This document shows, in pieces, positions 20,468 through 31,669 of a DNA stretch of 32,000 bases (its first letter is position 1; the number at the start of each line of letters is the position of its first letter). A program made the translations under genes and the position numbers. Where the stretch lies: assembly GCF_016592615.1 (NCBI RefSeq), contig NZ_AP013043.1, positions 1,410,001 through 1,442,000 of the forward strand, written 5' to 3'. Source of the stretch: Isorropodon fossajaponicum endosymbiont JTNG4 (GTDB lineage: Bacteria > Pseudomonadota > Gammaproteobacteria > PS1 > Pseudothioglobaceae). Under the pieces are notes generated by a model that saw only the letters and a list, made by a program, of their open reading frames with translations, did no database searches and was not told the origin of the DNA.

Positions 20468-21074
20468 GACCCTGTAAACCAGATTGTGTAAACCCTCATA
20501 TTTTATAATCCCCGAAAAGGAGAAAAAACATGAGTAACACAATACCAAGAAACAAAAAAAAGCAACTTAACAACACAGGCATCAACCAGAAAAAGCTCCG
20601 TGCTTTTGCTGATGAACTTGCCAAAGACATCCACACCCAAGATGATTTAGCAGATCTAGCTGCTTCACTGGTTAAAATGACCATTGAAGCAGCATTAGGT
20701 GCTGAGATGGAACATCATCTTGGTTATCCAAAATATGGGCAAAATAGCAGCGAGCTTAATACAGACAGCAATGCTCGTAATGGCTATTACCCTAAAACCG
20801 TCAAAGGCAATCATGGTGAAGTTGAACTTGCTATCCCAAGAGACCGCAGAGGTAGCTTTGAACCTTTAATTATTGAAAAAGGTCAAACGCCGATTGGGTG
20901 CTTTTGATAGTCAGATATTAAGCCTATATGCCAAAGGCATAGGTACCCGTGACATCGTCTCAACCTTTAAAGAAATGTATGATGTAGACATCTCAGCAAC
21001 ATTGGTATCCAATGTCACTCAGCAGGCGGTTATCACCCAAGCGATTGAATGGCGTAATCGTCCACTTGATGAAA
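20468..21074 (+). mobile_element. IS256-family element, 5' part only; transposase frameshifted and truncated
   Basis: ORF 20530-20907 reads ...IEAALGAEMEHHLGYPKY...NARNGYYPKTVKGNHGEVELAIPRDRRGSFEPLIIEKGQT. The next frame reads RLGAFDSQILSLYAKGIGTRDIVSTFKEMYDVDIS...WRNRPLDEM. This is the IS256 transposase N-terminal third with a 1-nt frameshift near 20889, cut off at 21074 by the next IS. The left boundary is a guess. Confidence 0.75.
20789..20952 (+). repeat. 164-bp segment of the IS256-like transposase gene, copy 1 of an exact direct repeat
   Basis: A base-by-base comparison with 31670-31833 shows 164/164 identity, including the frameshifted GGTCAAACGCCGATTGGG stretch. Confidence 0.9.
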
Positions 21075-21141
21075 TGTAATACCCCAAAAAACCACCATTC
21101 TAAAGTAGAAAATTCTATAATAAAAAATAAGGAGTTTTCAC

Positions 21142-21411
21142 ATGAAAAAATCAAGATATACAGAGTCATAAATAGTCAACATACTCAAACAAAACCAATC
21201 AGGCATATCTGTGGCTGATCTATGCCGTGAATACGCAATGTCTCAAGCCACATTTTACAAATGGAGATCTAAATACGGTGATACAGATTTTGTCTCTATG
21301 GTTAAACGCTTAAAAGAGCTAGAATCAGAAAATGCTCAATTCAAGCGTATGTATGCTGAGAGTGAGTTGAAACTGCAAATTACAAAGGATGCCTTAGCAA
21401 AAAAGTTCTAA
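21142..21411 (+). pseudogene. IS3-family transposase OrfA (HTH), nonsense at codon 10
   Basis: MKKSRYTES-TAA(21169-21171)-IVNILKQNQSGISVADLCREYAMSQATFYKWRSKYG...VKRLKELESENAQFKRMYAE, a typical IS407-type OrfA with a leucine zipper. Confidence 0.8.
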
Positions 21412-21438
21412 AGCCATCCCAGTGGCGTGAGGATGGCT
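21399..21438 (+). promoter_or_regulatory. -1 programmed ribosomal frameshift signal of the IS3 element (slippery A_AAA_AAG plus hairpin)
   Basis: The heptamer A AAA AAG at 21399-21405 is in the orfA zero frame. After a 6-nt spacer comes a perfect 8-bp stem, AGCCATCC (21412-21419) with GGATGGCT (21431-21438), and an 11-nt loop. Confidence 0.7.
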
Positions 21439-22212
21439 TTAAACATCAATGAACAAAATAAGAACACAAGTATCAAACTTATTTACGAAGTTTGTAGCAT
21501 TAGTAAAAGCACTTATTATTATCAACCAAAACTCAGTGATGACAATGCTTTAATTGCCGATTGTCTACTGCGCTTAACCGCAACGCACAAGCGTTGGGGT
21601 TTTAAACTGTGCTATTTATATCTACGTAATGTTAAAGACTACAAATTTAACCATAAACGAGTGTATCGCATTTACCAAGAACTGGAGCTCAATCTAAGAA
21701 TCAAGCCAAGAAGAAGAATCAAAAGAGATAAACCCGAAGCACTGAGTGTGCCAACAACTATTAACCAAACTTGGTCAATGGATTTTATGTCAGACTCACT
21801 CACTGATGGCAGGCACATTAGAACTTTTAATGTTGTCGATGATTACAATCGGGAAGGCTTGAATATTGATGTGGACTTGTCCATGCCAGCAAGACGAGTT
21901 ATTCAATCATTAGAACGTTTGATTCAGTGGCGTGGCAAGCCCAAGGCTATCAGATGTGATAATGGTCCTGAATACATTAGCCAAGCATTAAGAGACTGGG
22001 TACAAGCCTTAGGTATTGAGTTAATGTACATCCAACCAGGTAAGCCAACTCAAAATGCCTACATTGAGAGATTTAACCGTACAGTAAGACAAGAGTGTTT
22101 AGATCTGCATTTGTTTGATTCTGTTGAGCAAGCACAAGATGCAACCACACAGTGGTTATGGGTTTATAATAACGAACGACCGCACTTTGCCCTAGGTGGC
22201 GTGATAAGATGA
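21427..22212 (+). pseudogene. IS3-family transposase OrfB (DDE integrase core), frame relation to orfA broken
   Basis: STYYYQP...HKRWGFKL...NQTWSMDFM...DDYNREG...IRCDNGPEYIS...IQPGKPTQNAYIERFNRT...YNNERPH is the DDE/rve core. It lies in the same frame as orfA rather than -1, and the -1 frame from the slippery site hits TGA at 21450-21452. Confidence 0.8.
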
Positions 22213-22384
22213 CTAGCCTCTACTTTAGAGTTGTATGGAAAATTGGGATATTAAACACTTGCCGCACCTGATTTTCAAGTTGAAATGGAACTTGTTGTAA
22301 GACTTCCAGATTAATCCTCATTAGGTAATTTGCCAGTTCTTTAAATTCAAGCGTTATAACTCTTAAGAAAAGAAAAATCGTAAA

Positions 22385-22952
22385 ATGAAGCAAATCAACA
22401 TCCAATATTACAAAACAAAAATTGGCGAACTAATTCTTGGTTCTTATGATGACAAACTTTGTATTCTTGATTTTAGATACCGACAAATGAGAACAACTAT
22501 TGATAATAGAATTAAAAATGGATTAAAAGCTTAATTTATAGAACGGAATGACAAAATTTTAACAAAAACTAAAAAACAACTTAACAGTTATCTTGCAGGT
22601 AATAGAAATTTTTTTTGATATTCCTTTATTGTTAGTAGGTACTAATTTTCAAAAAAAATGTTTGGCGCGCTAATAAAAATACCATATGGTATTACCTCAA
22701 CTTACTTACAACTAGCGAAAAAATATTAATAATGAAAAAGCTGTTCGGGTAGTTGCTAGCGCAAACGGTGCAAACTCTATTAGCGTTATCATTCCTTGTC
22801 ATCGTATTATTGGCAGTAATGGAGAACTGGTTGGTTATGGCGGTGAATTATCAATTAAAAAACGCTTGTTAAATTTAGAAAAAAAAATAACAATTCAAGA
22901 CGAGTCATTTCCAAATGACATGCAAATAGATTGTGTTTTCTACTCTATTTAA
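22385..22952 (+). pseudogene. ogt: methylated-DNA-protein-cysteine methyltransferase, multiply frameshifted
   Basis: The N-terminus MKQINIQYYKTKIGELILGS... is stopped by TAA 22532-22534. Later frames give LNSYLAGNRNFF, DIPLLLVGTNFQKK, ALIKIPYGITSTYLQLAKK and AVRVVASANGANSISVIIPCHRIIGSNGELVGYGGELSIKKRLLNLE. The PCHR active-site Cys codon is at 22797-22799. Shifts occur at the T8 run 22609-22616 and the A8 run 22651-22658, among others. Confidence 0.85.
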
Positions 22953-24270
22953 AAATGTTTGATAGTTTTTCAGCGTCTTGCTGAGCAATAATTTTATCTT
23001 TAGCTTCAACCATTACTCTTATAAGTGGCTCTGTGCCTGAAACGCGAATTAATACTCGACCCTCATCACCAAGTGTTTGCTCAACTTCGAGTTGAGTTTG
23101 TTGTAGCTTGGTGTGATTTTCAAGATTAATTCTTGTTTGGGTTTTGACATTAATTAAAACTTGGGGATATTTACTCATTGATTGCTTTAACTTAGCAAGG
23201 CTGGATTGGCTTTTTGCCAGTACTTCTAATACTTGCAAAGCAGAAATAATGCCATCGCCAGAGGTGGTTTTATTCAGGCATATAATATGCCCTGAACCTT
23301 CGCCACCTAATATTGAGCCGCTTTTTTGCATTTGCTCCATCACAAAGCGATCGCCCACATCAGCCTCAATAAATTTAATGTCTAAATCTCTTAGTGCGTG
23401 GCGCATGCCTAAGTTGCTCATTTTTGTGCCAACCACTGTGTTATTAACCAGCCTACCTTGAGATTGCCAAGCCTTGGCAATAATAAATACCAGCTCGTCA
23501 CCATCAACCAACTCACCATTTTCATCAACCATCATTAAGCGATCGCCATCGCCATCAAAGGCAATGCCCAAATCTGCTTTTGACTCTAATACCACTTGTT
23601 GCAGGTGTTTGGTGTCGGTTGCGCCACAATGCTCATTAATATTAAAGCCATCTGGCGTGTTGTTGATGATATTAATATTTGCACCCAGTTCTGAAAACAC
23701 GCTTTGGGCAATGTGATAAGTAGCGCCATTTGCACAATCAATGACGATATTAAGCCCTAAAAGACTTTGTGTTCGGTCAAAAGTTGATTTGCAAAATTCG
23801 ATATAACGCCCAAGCGGTTGTTCGTGTCTATGGGCTTTGCCAATCTTGTCAGCCCCTACGCTAACCATGGGCTCGGCTAATTTTTTCTCAATTTCGCTTT
23901 GGTCTTGGCTGCTTAATTTAAGACCTTTGGCAGAAAAAAACTTAACACCATTGTCTTGAAAATGATTGTGTGAAGCGCTAATGACTACGCCAGCATTGGC
24001 ATTATAAGTTTGCGTTAGGTAGGCAACTGCAGGTGTTGGCATCGGACCTAGCAAGCCAACATCAACACCGGCGGATAAAAACCCAGCCTCAAGCGCAGAT
24101 TCAAATAAATAACCAGATACGCGAGTGTCTTTGCCAATAATAACACTGGCTTTACCTTGTTTGGCTAGTACCGAACCAACTGCCCAGCCTAATTTTAAGA
24201 AAAAATCAGCGGTAATAGGCTCAACACCTACCTTGCCACGTATGCCATCAGTACCAAAATAATTACCCAA
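22945..24270 (-). CDS. glmM: phosphoglucosamine mutase
   Basis: 441 aa with a TTG start. YFGTDGIRG...[16 protein letters not shown] (phosphoserine loop)...FDGDGDRL...GGEGSGH are canonical GlmM motifs. Confidence 0.93.
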   Translation of the reverse strand: MGNYFGTDGIRGKVGVEPITADFFLKLGWAVGSVLAKQGKASVIIGKDTRVSGYLFESALEAGFLSAGVDVGLLGPMPTPAVAYLTQTYNANAGVVISASHNHFQDNGVKFFSAKGLKLSSQDQSEIEKKLAEPMVSVGADKIGKAHRHEQPLGRYIEFCKSTFDRTQSLLGLNIVIDCANGATYHIAQSVFSELGANINIINNTPDGFNINEHCGATDTKHLQQVVLESKADLGIAFDGDGDRLMMVDENGELVDGDELVFIIAKAWQSQGRLVNNTVVGTKMSNLGMRHALRDLDIKFIEADVGDRFVMEQMQKSGSILGGEGSGHIICLNKTTSGDGIISALQVLEVLAKSQSSLAKLKQSMSKYPQVLINVKTQTRINLENHTKLQQTQLEVEQTLGDEGRVLIRVSGTEPLIRVMVEAKDKIIAQQDAEKLSNIFK

Positions 24271-24271
24271 T

Positions 24272-25090
24272 TTACTCTCCTGTTACGCTTTGTAAAACCT
24301 TAAACGCATCTTTAGTTTCTAAAACGTCGTGCACACGTACAATATTTGCACCGTTTTGAGATGCTATTATAGCGGTTGTTACACTACCAATCATTCTTCC
24401 GTCTGTGTTTCTATTATTAAGCATACTACCAATCATTGATTTGCGCGACATACCCACCAAAACCCTCAAACCAAAGCTTTTAAACTCGTCAAGGCGACGT
24501 AGGATTTCAAGATTGTGATTGAGTGTTTTACCAAAGCCAAAACCCGGGTCTAGAATAATCTTATTTTGGCTAATACCAGCGCCAATGCAAGCCTCAATTC
24601 TTTGATCAAAAAAATGTTTTACTTCATCAATGACATCTGTATAAACAGGGTTGTTTTGCATTGTTTTAGAGTCGCCTTGCATGTGCATAAGGCACACATC
24701 CTTAGCAGTTGATGCCACCACTTCAAGGGATGATTTAGCTTGCAAAGCACGTACATCATTAATCATACTTGCCCCTGCCTCAATGGCAAGTTGCATGATT
24801 TTTGCTTTTGAAGTGTCAATGGAAATCGGCACACTGATTAATTTAGATAACGCTTTAATAACAGGAATAACACGGCTGACTTCGTCATCAATGGATACTT
24901 GCAGGGCATTGGGTCTGGTTGACTCGCCACCAATATCAATCATATCAGCACCTTGGTCAACCATTAGTTGAGCCTGATTAATGGCTTTGTCAATGGCAAG
25001 ATATTGACCGCCATCTGAAAAAGAATCGGGTGTGACATTAAGCACACCCATAATCATTGCATTAGAAGATTGCATCGTGATGTGGCGCAA
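24272..25090 (-). CDS. folP: dihydropteroate synthase
   Basis: [16 protein letters not shown]...DIGGESTRP...INDV...DPGFGFGK...SRKS are canonical FolP motifs. The true start may be Met at 25075 (MQSSN). Confidence 0.9.
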   Translation of the reverse strand: MRHITMQSSNAMIMGVLNVTPDSFSDGGQYLAIDKAINQAQLMVDQGADMIDIGGESTRPNALQVSIDDEVSRVIPVIKALSKLISVPISIDTSKAKIMQLAIEAGASMINDVRALQAKSSLEVVASTAKDVCLMHMQGDSKTMQNNPVYTDVIDEVKHFFDQRIEACIGAGISQNKIILDPGFGFGKTLNHNLEILRRLDEFKSFGLRVLVGMSRKSMIGSMLNNRNTDGRMIGSVTTAIIASQNGANIVRVHDVLETKDAFKVLQSVTGE

Positions 25091-25114
25091 TGTTCAAAAA
25101 CAAGAAAAGAAAAA

Positions 25115-27037
25115 CTAAGCGACTTGCTCGGTAGAACTTCCACTTAATGGCTTTTCATCAGAATCTTTATTACCGTTATCCAGCTCAATGCCCGAACCCA
25201 ACTCGGTAGAGGCAACATCAGAATCAACAATCACGGCTGATTCACGTATTGGTTTTCTGTTCATCAAATCAGCAATTTGCTCTTTATCAATGGTTTCAAA
25301 CTCCATCAAGGCCTTGCTCATTTCAATTAAGATGTCTTTATTATCTTTTAGAATTTTTGAAGCCATTTGGTAGTTGCTGTCAATAATTTTACGAATTTCA
25401 ACGTCAATGGTTTTAAAGGTATCTTCTGAAATGTGCTTGTGCTTGGTGACTTGTCGGCCTAAAAACACTTCACCCTCTTCTTCACCATACGCTAAAGGTC
25501 CTAGCGTCTCAGACATACCCCATTGTTTTACCATTTTGTGTGCAATTTCTGTTGCACGCTCAATATCATTACTTGCACCAGTGGTGACGCTGTCTGCACC
25601 GTAAATTAACTCTTCTGCAATACGCCCACCAAAAAGTGAGGCCACTTGAGAATTTAACTTGCGTTTAGAAATACTATAACTGTCTTTTTCTGGCAAGAAC
25701 ATCGTCACACCTAATGCTCTACCTCTTGGAATGATGCTTACTTTATACACAGGGTCATGCTCAGGCACTAACCGACCTACAATGGCGTGACCTGCCTCAT
25801 GATAGGCAGTCATTTCTTTTTCGGCTTCATCCATGGCCATAGATTTACGCTCAGAACCCATCATAATTTTATCTTTGGCTTTTTCAAACTCTTGCATGCC
25901 AACCAATTTTTTGTCCTTACCTGCTGCAATTAACGCAGCCTCATTAGTTAAATTGGCAAGGTCTGCACCAGAAAACCCCGGTGTGCCTTTAGCAATATTG
26001 ATTGATTTAACATTTTTTGCAATGGGTAATTTACGCATGTGGATTTTTAAAATTGCATCACGACCATTAATATCAGGCAAGCCTACCATTACTTGACGAT
26101 CAAAACGACCTGGTCTAAGTAGAGCGGGATCTAATACGTCTGGTCTGTTGGTTGCAGCAATGACAATAACACCTTCTGAGCCTTCAAAGCCATCCATTTC
26201 AACCAACATTTGGTTTAGTGTTTGCTCACGCTCATCATGACCACCACCCATACCAGCACCACGTTGGCGACCAACAGCGTCAATTTCATCAATAAAAATA
26301 ATGCAGGGTGCATTTTTCTTTGCTTGTTCAAACATATCACGTACACGTGATGCACCAACACCGACAAACATTTCTACAAAATCAGAGCCTGAGATAAAGA
26401 AAAACGGCACGTCGGCTTCGCCCGCAATTGCTTTGGCTAACAAAGTTTTTCCCGTACCTGGAGGACCTATTAAAAGCACCCCTTTGGGGATTTTTCCACC
26501 TACTTTAGTAAACTTGCCGGGATTAGATAAAAAATCCACCAATTCACTCACATCGTCTTTAGCCTCATCAACACCTGCCACATCATCAAAAGTAGTGTCA
26601 GATTCATCCTTAGTAATCAGGCGTGCTTTAGATTTACCAAAACTCATTGGATTTTTTCCGCCCATTGCACCACCAACACCCTTCATGGTGTAAAGAACAA
26701 CACCAATTAATAATAAAATTGGCGCTAAAGAAATGATTAATTGCTTGAAAAATCCGTCTTTTTCAGGCGGTTTAGCAACCACATTAACGCCGTTGTTCAA
26801 TAAATCGCCCATCAGACCTAAATCACCTGGGCTATAAGTTGAAAATTGCTCACCGCCAGCACCCACACCAGTAATATTGCTACCAGCAATCGTTACTTGG
26901 GATACATCGCCTTGCTTGACGCTTTGAATAAACTGAGAATAAGTAATGTCGTTTTTTTGATCGCCCACTTGGAACTGACTAAAAATCGAAGTAAGGATAC
27001 TGCCTAAAACCAACCAAAGTAACAAATTTTTAAACAT
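25115..27037 (-). CDS. ftsH: ATP-dependent zinc metalloprotease FtsH
   Basis: 640 aa with two N-terminal TM segments, Walker [14 protein letters not shown], Walker [10 protein letters not shown], the [23 protein letters not shown] and the zinc site HEAGHAIV. Confidence 0.97.
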   Translation of the reverse strand: MFKNLLLWLVLGSILTSIFSQFQVGDQKNDITYSQFIQSVKQGDVSQVTIAGSNITGVGAGGEQFSTYSPGDLGLMGDLLNNGVNVVAKPPEKDGFFKQLIISLAPILLLIGVVLYTMKGVGGAMGGKNPMSFGKSKARLITKDESDTTFDDVAGVDEAKDDVSELVDFLSNPGKFTKVGGKIPKGVLLIGPPGTGKTLLAKAIAGEADVPFFFISGSDFVEMFVGVGASRVRDMFEQAKKNAPCIIFIDEIDAVGRQRGAGMGGGHDEREQTLNQMLVEMDGFEGSEGVIVIAATNRPDVLDPALLRPGRFDRQVMVGLPDINGRDAILKIHMRKLPIAKNVKSINIAKGTPGFSGADLANLTNEAALIAAGKDKKLVGMQEFEKAKDKIMMGSERKSMAMDEAEKEMTAYHEAGHAIVGRLVPEHDPVYKVSIIPRGRALGVTMFLPEKDSYSISKRKLNSQVASLFGGRIAEELIYGADSVTTGASNDIERATEIAHKMVKQWGMSETLGPLAYGEEEGEVFLGRQVTKHKHISEDTFKTIDVEIRKIIDSNYQMASKILKDNKDILIEMSKALMEFETIDKEQIADLMNRKPIRESAVIVDSDVASTELGSGIELDNGNKDSDEKPLSGSSTEQVA

Positions 27038-27187
27038 AATGTAAAAAATATTGAAAAAAAATAAGAGGATAACTATACCCTATTGTGCACCTATATATGG
27101 TCTGATGGCGTTTTTTCAAGGTTTATCTACAAATAAATTAAAATTCTGTCATAATTCTTAATTTAATTAAATAGATACTTTTGAATC

Positions 27188-27643
27188 ATGTCAAAAATCA
27201 ACTTATTAGTCGCTACTATCATCATAACACTCCTTAGTTCTTGTGGGTTTCATGCGTCGTATAAAAACTCAGCAATAAACGCCTCTATTACCAGTAGCCG
27301 TCATAATGCCTTTGCTGATGAATTGCAAAAGCGCTTTAATCAAAACATACCTAAAACTCTAGCCGTTCAGGTGGGTGCTGAAAATCAAAATCAACGCACG
27401 GCTTCATACAATACTTCAAGTAATGAAGCTAGTAGCTACACACTAAGTCTAAGCGTGCCTATTAAGGTCTTCAATCAGCACAACAAACTATTACTATCCC
27501 AAACATTCAGTGCTAATACATACCTGAGTAAGATGGACGTATCCCAAGCAGATAGACTACAAATTGAAGAGGGTTACCAGCAATTGCGCCATTTAATAAT
27601 CAGGCAGCTGTTAAGAAAATTATCCAAACTTAATGAAAATTAA
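27188..27643 (+). CDS. lptE: LPS-assembly lipoprotein LptE (RlpB)-like
   Basis: 151 aa with a lipobox LLSSCGF, lying immediately upstream of and overlapping holA, which is the conserved lptE-holA order. The sequence itself is poorly conserved. Confidence 0.6.
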   Translation: MSKINLLVATIIITLLSSCGFHASYKNSAINASITSSRHNAFADELQKRFNQNIPKTLAVQVGAENQNQRTASYNTSSNEASSYTLSLSVPIKVFNQHNKLLLSQTFSANTYLSKMDVSQADRLQIEEGYQQLRHLIIRQLLRKLSKLNEN

Positions 27644-28652
27644 ACCGCAGCAACTCAACACTCAATTAGCCAATAAACTTAATGCTATTTATTTTGTTTT
27701 TGGTGCCGAAATATTACTCATTGAGCAAAGTCTAACGCAAATAAACAAAACAGCAAAACAAGCTGGATTTGACGAAAAAGTAAGCTTTGAAATTGATGCT
27801 AATTTTGATTGGAATCAAATCTTTGGAGAAATCTCAGCTGCCTCGCTTTTTTCACCAAAACGCATTATTAAATGCCGGTTAGAAACAGGGAAAATCGGCA
27901 TTAAAGGCGCCAAGGCATTGGCTGAAATTGCCAGTACCCTGCCTAATGATATTTTATTGATTGTTTCCACTGGCAAACTGGACATGGCACAGCAAAAGAG
28001 CAAATGGTTTAAAACACTAGAACAATTTGGCAGTGTTGTCCAACATTTTGAAGTGCAAAGTAATCATTTGGTTGGCTGGATTGCAAATCACATGGCAGAA
28101 TTAGGGCTTGAAGCTAATACAGAAATTGCACAAAGTATTGCTTTTTGCACAGAAGGCAATTTGACCGCTTCTATGCAAGAAATTCAAAAACTAAAAATAG
28201 CCTATCCAAATGGCAAAATCAACACACAAGAATATCTTGAACAAGCCAATCAGCAATCTAAATACACCGTTTATGGCCTGATTGATGCCGCTTTATTTGG
28301 CAATAGTAATCAGGTTAATAAAATTTATCAAACCTTAGTCTCTGATACGGCTATGCCAATTCAACTGAGTAGTTCCTTGTATCGAGAAATTAAATCAGTC
28401 ATCGAAATGTCAGTTGAACTTAGACAGGTGAAAGACATTAATACAGTCTTGCAAAATCATCGAGTTTGGAACAAAAGAAAACCCGTTATTACTAGTGTAT
28501 TAAAACGTCACCCTTATCAGCGTTTACAAAAATTATTATTATCACTAGGGCGTATTGACCGCTCAATTAAAGGTATGGATAGTCTTAATGTCATTGATGA
28601 ATTACACACATTATTACTAAGTTTGGCTGGGAAAACACAATGGACTCAATAA
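27633..28652 (+). CDS. holA: DNA polymerase III delta subunit
   Basis: 339 aa. The N-terminal pattern (QL...[18 protein letters not shown]) and length fit HolA, and it sits after lptE. Confidence 0.72.
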   Translation: MKIKPQQLNTQLANKLNAIYFVFGAEILLIEQSLTQINKTAKQAGFDEKVSFEIDANFDWNQIFGEISAASLFSPKRIIKCRLETGKIGIKGAKALAEIASTLPNDILLIVSTGKLDMAQQKSKWFKTLEQFGSVVQHFEVQSNHLVGWIANHMAELGLEANTEIAQSIAFCTEGNLTASMQEIQKLKIAYPNGKINTQEYLEQANQQSKYTVYGLIDAALFGNSNQVNKIYQTLVSDTAMPIQLSSSLYREIKSVIEMSVELRQVKDINTVLQNHRVWNKRKPVITSVLKRHPYQRLQKLLLSLGRIDRSIKGMDSLNVIDELHTLLLSLAGKTQWTQ

Positions 28653-29899
28653 AAAATTTAATCACCACACTGGGTGAAAATGCAAAAAATGCCGCAAAAA
28701 CATTGCGCAGTGCTACAACGGTAGCTAAAAATAGCGCACTAATCAATATTGCTAGTCAAATTGACCAAAACAGAGCAAACATACTTAAAGCTAACAAGCA
28801 AGACCTTACCAATGGCAAAGATAAAGGGCTGGAAATGACGCTACTTGATAGGCTTATGCTTAATAATGAGCGTCTTAATGGCATTATTAAAAGTCTGAAT
28901 CAAATTGTCAACCTGCCAGACCCTATTGGTGAAATTACAGATTTAAAATACCAGCCAAGTGGTATTCAAGTGGGTAAGATGCGCGTACCACTCGGTGTGT
29001 TGGGGATTATTTATGAATCCCGTCCTAATGTCACTATTGATGCTGCGGCACTTTGCTTGAAATCAGGCAATAGTGTTATTCTACGTGGTGGGTCAGAAGC
29101 TATTCACTCCAATCATGCGCTTTATACCTGTGTCAAACAAGGCATAACACAAGCAGGCCTTAATGAAAATTGCGTACAACTCATTGACACTCAAGATCGT
29201 GAAGCTGTTATTGAGTTGGTCAAAGCAAGTGATTATGTTGATGCTATTATTCCTAGAGGCGGTAAAGGCTTGGTTGAAGCCATCAATAACAGTGCCAAAG
29301 TGTCTGTTATCAAACATTTAGATGGCATTTGCCACACTTACATTGATAAAGATGCCGACACACAAAAAGCCATCAGCATTGCCTTTAATGCCAAAACGCG
29401 CCGTTATGGTGTGTGTAATGCTACTGAAACTTTGCTAATTCACAGCTCGGCAGTAGGCAGAATATTGCCCGAACTGATTGCGCAATACTTGGCAAAAGGA
29501 GTGGAATTACGCGGTTGTGAAGAGACTATAAAGCTGTCAAATAAAATCATTGCAGCCACTGAAAAAGACTGGAATACAGAATATTTAGATGCAATTTTAT
29601 CCATTCGTATTGTCAATTCAATGAGTGAGGCCATTAAACATATTGATAAGCATGGTTCAGGTCATACTGAATCAATCGTAAGTGAAAACTACACTCGTTC
29701 ACGCCGTTTTATTACCGAAGTAGACTCTGCCTCAGTCATGATTAATGCCTCCACTGGCTTTGCCGATGGCTTTGAATATGGCCTAGGCGCAGAAATCGGC
29801 ATCAGCACTGACAAATTCCACGTGCGTGGCCCTGTTGGCTTGGAAGGATTAACCTCACAAAAATTTATCGTCCTAGGTGACGGACACATCAGACAATAA
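28640..29899 (+). CDS. proA: gamma-glutamyl phosphate reductase
   Basis: 419 aa. [36 protein letters not shown]...[10 protein letters not shown]...HGSGHTE...NASTGFADG are canonical ProA motifs. Confidence 0.93.
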   Translation: MDSIKNLITTLGENAKNAAKTLRSATTVAKNSALINIASQIDQNRANILKANKQDLTNGKDKGLEMTLLDRLMLNNERLNGIIKSLNQIVNLPDPIGEITDLKYQPSGIQVGKMRVPLGVLGIIYESRPNVTIDAAALCLKSGNSVILRGGSEAIHSNHALYTCVKQGITQAGLNENCVQLIDTQDREAVIELVKASDYVDAIIPRGGKGLVEAINNSAKVSVIKHLDGICHTYIDKDADTQKAISIAFNAKTRRYGVCNATETLLIHSSAVGRILPELIAQYLAKGVELRGCEETIKLSNKIIAATEKDWNTEYLDAILSIRIVNSMSEAIKHIDKHGSGHTESIVSENYTRSRRFITEVDSASVMINASTGFADGFEYGLGAEIGISTDKFHVRGPVGLEGLTSQKFIVLGDGHIRQ

Positions 29900-29905
29900 A
29901 AAAAT

Positions 29906-31090
29906 ATGGACATAGAACAAGCACTGGCTATTTTTGCGCGTGGCGCTGATGAGATATTGCCACTTGATGAACTCAAGAAAAAACTTAAAAAAGACAAGCC
30001 ACTACGCATCAAAGCAGGTTTTGATCCAACCACGCCTGATTTACATTTAGGGCACACAATTTTAATCAGTAAACTCAAGCAATTACAAGATTTTGGGCAT
30101 GAAATATTGTTTTTAATTGGCGATTTCACTGCCATGATTGGCGACCCAACAGGCAAGAGTAAAACCCGTCCGCCACTCTCACGGGAACAAATTCAAGAAA
30201 ACGCCAAAAGCTACACCAAACAAGTATTCAAGATCTTAGATAAAGACAAAACCACAGTCGTGTTTAACTCGCAGTGGATGGATAAAATGACATCAATGGA
30301 ATTTATCCAACTCGCCAGTAAACAAACGGTCGCTAGAATGTTAGAACGCGATGATTTTTCCAAACGCTACAAATCAGGGCAAGCTATCTCTACCCACGAA
30401 TTTTTATACCCTTTGGTTCAAGGCAATGATTCTGTTGAATTAAAAAGCGATGTAGAAATCGGTGGTACGGATCAAAAATTTAACTTATTAGTGGGCAGAG
30501 AACTACAAAAACAAGCAGGACAAGGGCAACAAGTTATCCTCACCATGCCGATTTTAGAAGGCTTGGACGGCGTGCAAAAAATGTCAAAATCCTTAGACAA
30601 CTACATCGGTATTGATGATGCACCTGATGAGATGTTTGGTAAAATTATGTCAATTTCTGATGAGTTAATGTGGCGTTATTTTGAGCTACTAAGTTTCCAA
30701 AGTTTAGAGACGATTGCTGATTTAAAACAAGCAATGGCTCAGGGTAAAAACCCAAGAGATATTAAATTTATCCTAGCTGATGAGATCATCACCCGCTTTC
30801 ATAATATTGATGCCGCCAAACAAGCGCAGCAAAATTTTATTGATCGCTTTAGTAAAAATCAAATGCCTGATGACATGGATGAATTCAGCTTTAAAGCTGG
30901 CATAAAAATTGCTAATTTACTCAAAGATGCTGGACTTTGTCCTAGCACCTCAAACGCCTATCAAATGATTAAACAAGGTGGCGCTAAAATCAATGGCGAA
31001 AAAATCACAAACAAAAACCTTGAACCAGAGGTTGGTACAAACGTTTATCAAGTAGGCAAACGCAAATTCGCAAGAGTGACAATTCAATAA
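29906..31090 (+). CDS. tyrS: tyrosine-tRNA ligase (TyrS type 2)
   Basis: 394 aa. The class I signatures are HLGH (DLHLGHT) and KMSKS (QKMSKSL), with a C-terminal S4-like domain. Confidence 0.92.
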   Translation: MDIEQALAIFARGADEILPLDELKKKLKKDKPLRIKAGFDPTTPDLHLGHTILISKLKQLQDFGHEILFLIGDFTAMIGDPTGKSKTRPPLSREQIQENAKSYTKQVFKILDKDKTTVVFNSQWMDKMTSMEFIQLASKQTVARMLERDDFSKRYKSGQAISTHEFLYPLVQGNDSVELKSDVEIGGTDQKFNLLVGRELQKQAGQGQQVILTMPILEGLDGVQKMSKSLDNYIGIDDAPDEMFGKIMSISDELMWRYFELLSFQSLETIADLKQAMAQGKNPRDIKFILADEIITRFHNIDAAKQAQQNFIDRFSKNQMPDDMDEFSFKAGIKIANLLKDAGLCPSTSNAYQMIKQGGAKINGEKITNKNLEPEVGTNVYQVGKRKFARVTIQ

Positions 31091-31095
31091 AAAAG

Positions 31096-31104
31096 TGTTA
31101 TAAT
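31096..31104 (+). promoter_or_regulatory. possible extended -10 element (TGTTATAAT) for ssrA
   Basis: TGnTATAAT ends 9 nt upstream of the mature tmRNA 5' end. I identified no convincing -35 element. Confidence 0.3.
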
Positions 31105-31113
31105 ACCCATCCT

Positions 31114-31461
31114 GGGGATGACATGGCCTCGACGAGGAGTTGGATTTCAAGGACGCATGCCGAGGATAAAGACAACTCGTAAAATACGCTTTAAAAAGAT
31201 AGTTGCAAACGAAAACAACTACGCTCTAGCTGCATAGCTAGCCGTCACTTAGAGGGTGTCTGTACTTTTAGGATGACGGTCGCTCACGGACTCGCTAGGA
31301 TTATTTTTTCCACGTAATTCGGTTAAAACTTGTTGGAAATCGCTACTTACATCCCTGATGGTCGGGTGGTAGGGCGGCTAACTAAAATAGACCAAGCTAA
31401 GCATGTAGACTTCTTGTTTGAAAGTTTTCGGACGCGGGTTCAATTCCCGCCATCTCCACCA
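31114..31461 (+). ncRNA. ssrA: tmRNA (SsrA), tag peptide ANENNYALAA
   Basis: 5' GGGGATGACATGGCCTCGACG pairs with the 3' tRNA-like end GGACGCGGGTTCAATTCCCGCCATCTCCACCA. The resume-codon ORF GCA AAC GAA AAC AAC TAC GCT CTA GCT GCA TAG lies at 31205-31237. Confidence 0.95.
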
Positions 31462-31473
31462 ATTCATAATATT

Positions 31474-31498
31474 AGCCCGTTTTATACGGGCTTTTTTA
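31474..31498 (+). terminator. rho-independent terminator of ssrA
   Basis: AGCCCGT-TTTAT-ACGGGCT stem-loop followed by a T tract (TTTTTTAT). Confidence 0.8.
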
Positions 31499-31568
31499 TC
31501 GCCTAAAATACTGCTATATAAGTAATAATTGAATTATACAATCCTAGGCCGTCTTTACAAATATTAGA

Positions 31569-31638
31569 TTAAGTGGTATATTCATTGGCATATATTTGAA
31601 TATATACTAGTATCTCTGTAAAAATATATACCACTTAA
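31569..31638. repeat. 13-bp perfect inverted repeat (TTAAGTGGTATAT / ATATACCACTTAA) flanking a 44-bp AT-rich spacer
   Basis: The arms are at 31569-31581 and 31626-31638. They extend to about 17 bp (TTAG..) with one bulge. The spacer holds a nested palindrome, CATATATTTGAATATATAC. Confidence 0.7.
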
Positions 31639-31669
31639 CTAATTTAACGAGAACTATCAATGCTTACAG

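Larger units (their letters stand above)
21075..22258 (+). mobile_element. IS3-family (IS407-group-like) insertion sequence, near full length but inactivated
   Basis: Imperfect terminal IRs: left TGTAATACCCCAA...CTAAAGTAGA, against the reverse complement of the right end TAATATCCCAA...CTAAAGTAGA. orfA is 21142-21411 and orfB 21427-22212. The roughly 1.18-kb length is typical. The exact right terminus is uncertain by a few nt. Confidence 0.8.

Noticed and set aside
22259-22384. The stretch between the IS407-like right end and ogt, examined as a possible continuation or right end of the interrupted IS256-like element. This includes minus-strand ORF 22220-22405.
   Set aside because: No frame on either strand continues the IS256 transposase (expected ...YPIVYLD...). 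I found no inverted match to the putative IS256 left end. The minus-strand ORF has no recognisable features.
25188-26693. Several 60-130-aa ORFs in the track lie antisense to ftsH. Similar ones lie antisense to glmM (23144-23716), folP (24651-24971), thiG (6606-6896), kdsA (9607-9930), trpC (8598-8879), bioH (3630-4001), proA/tyrS (29093-30156) and the YhiN gene (18638-19155).
   Set aside because: Each lies wholly inside a strongly supported conserved gene on the opposite strand. They have low-complexity Ser/Pro/Ala-rich or otherwise non-protein-like translations and no start context. These are typical shadow ORFs.
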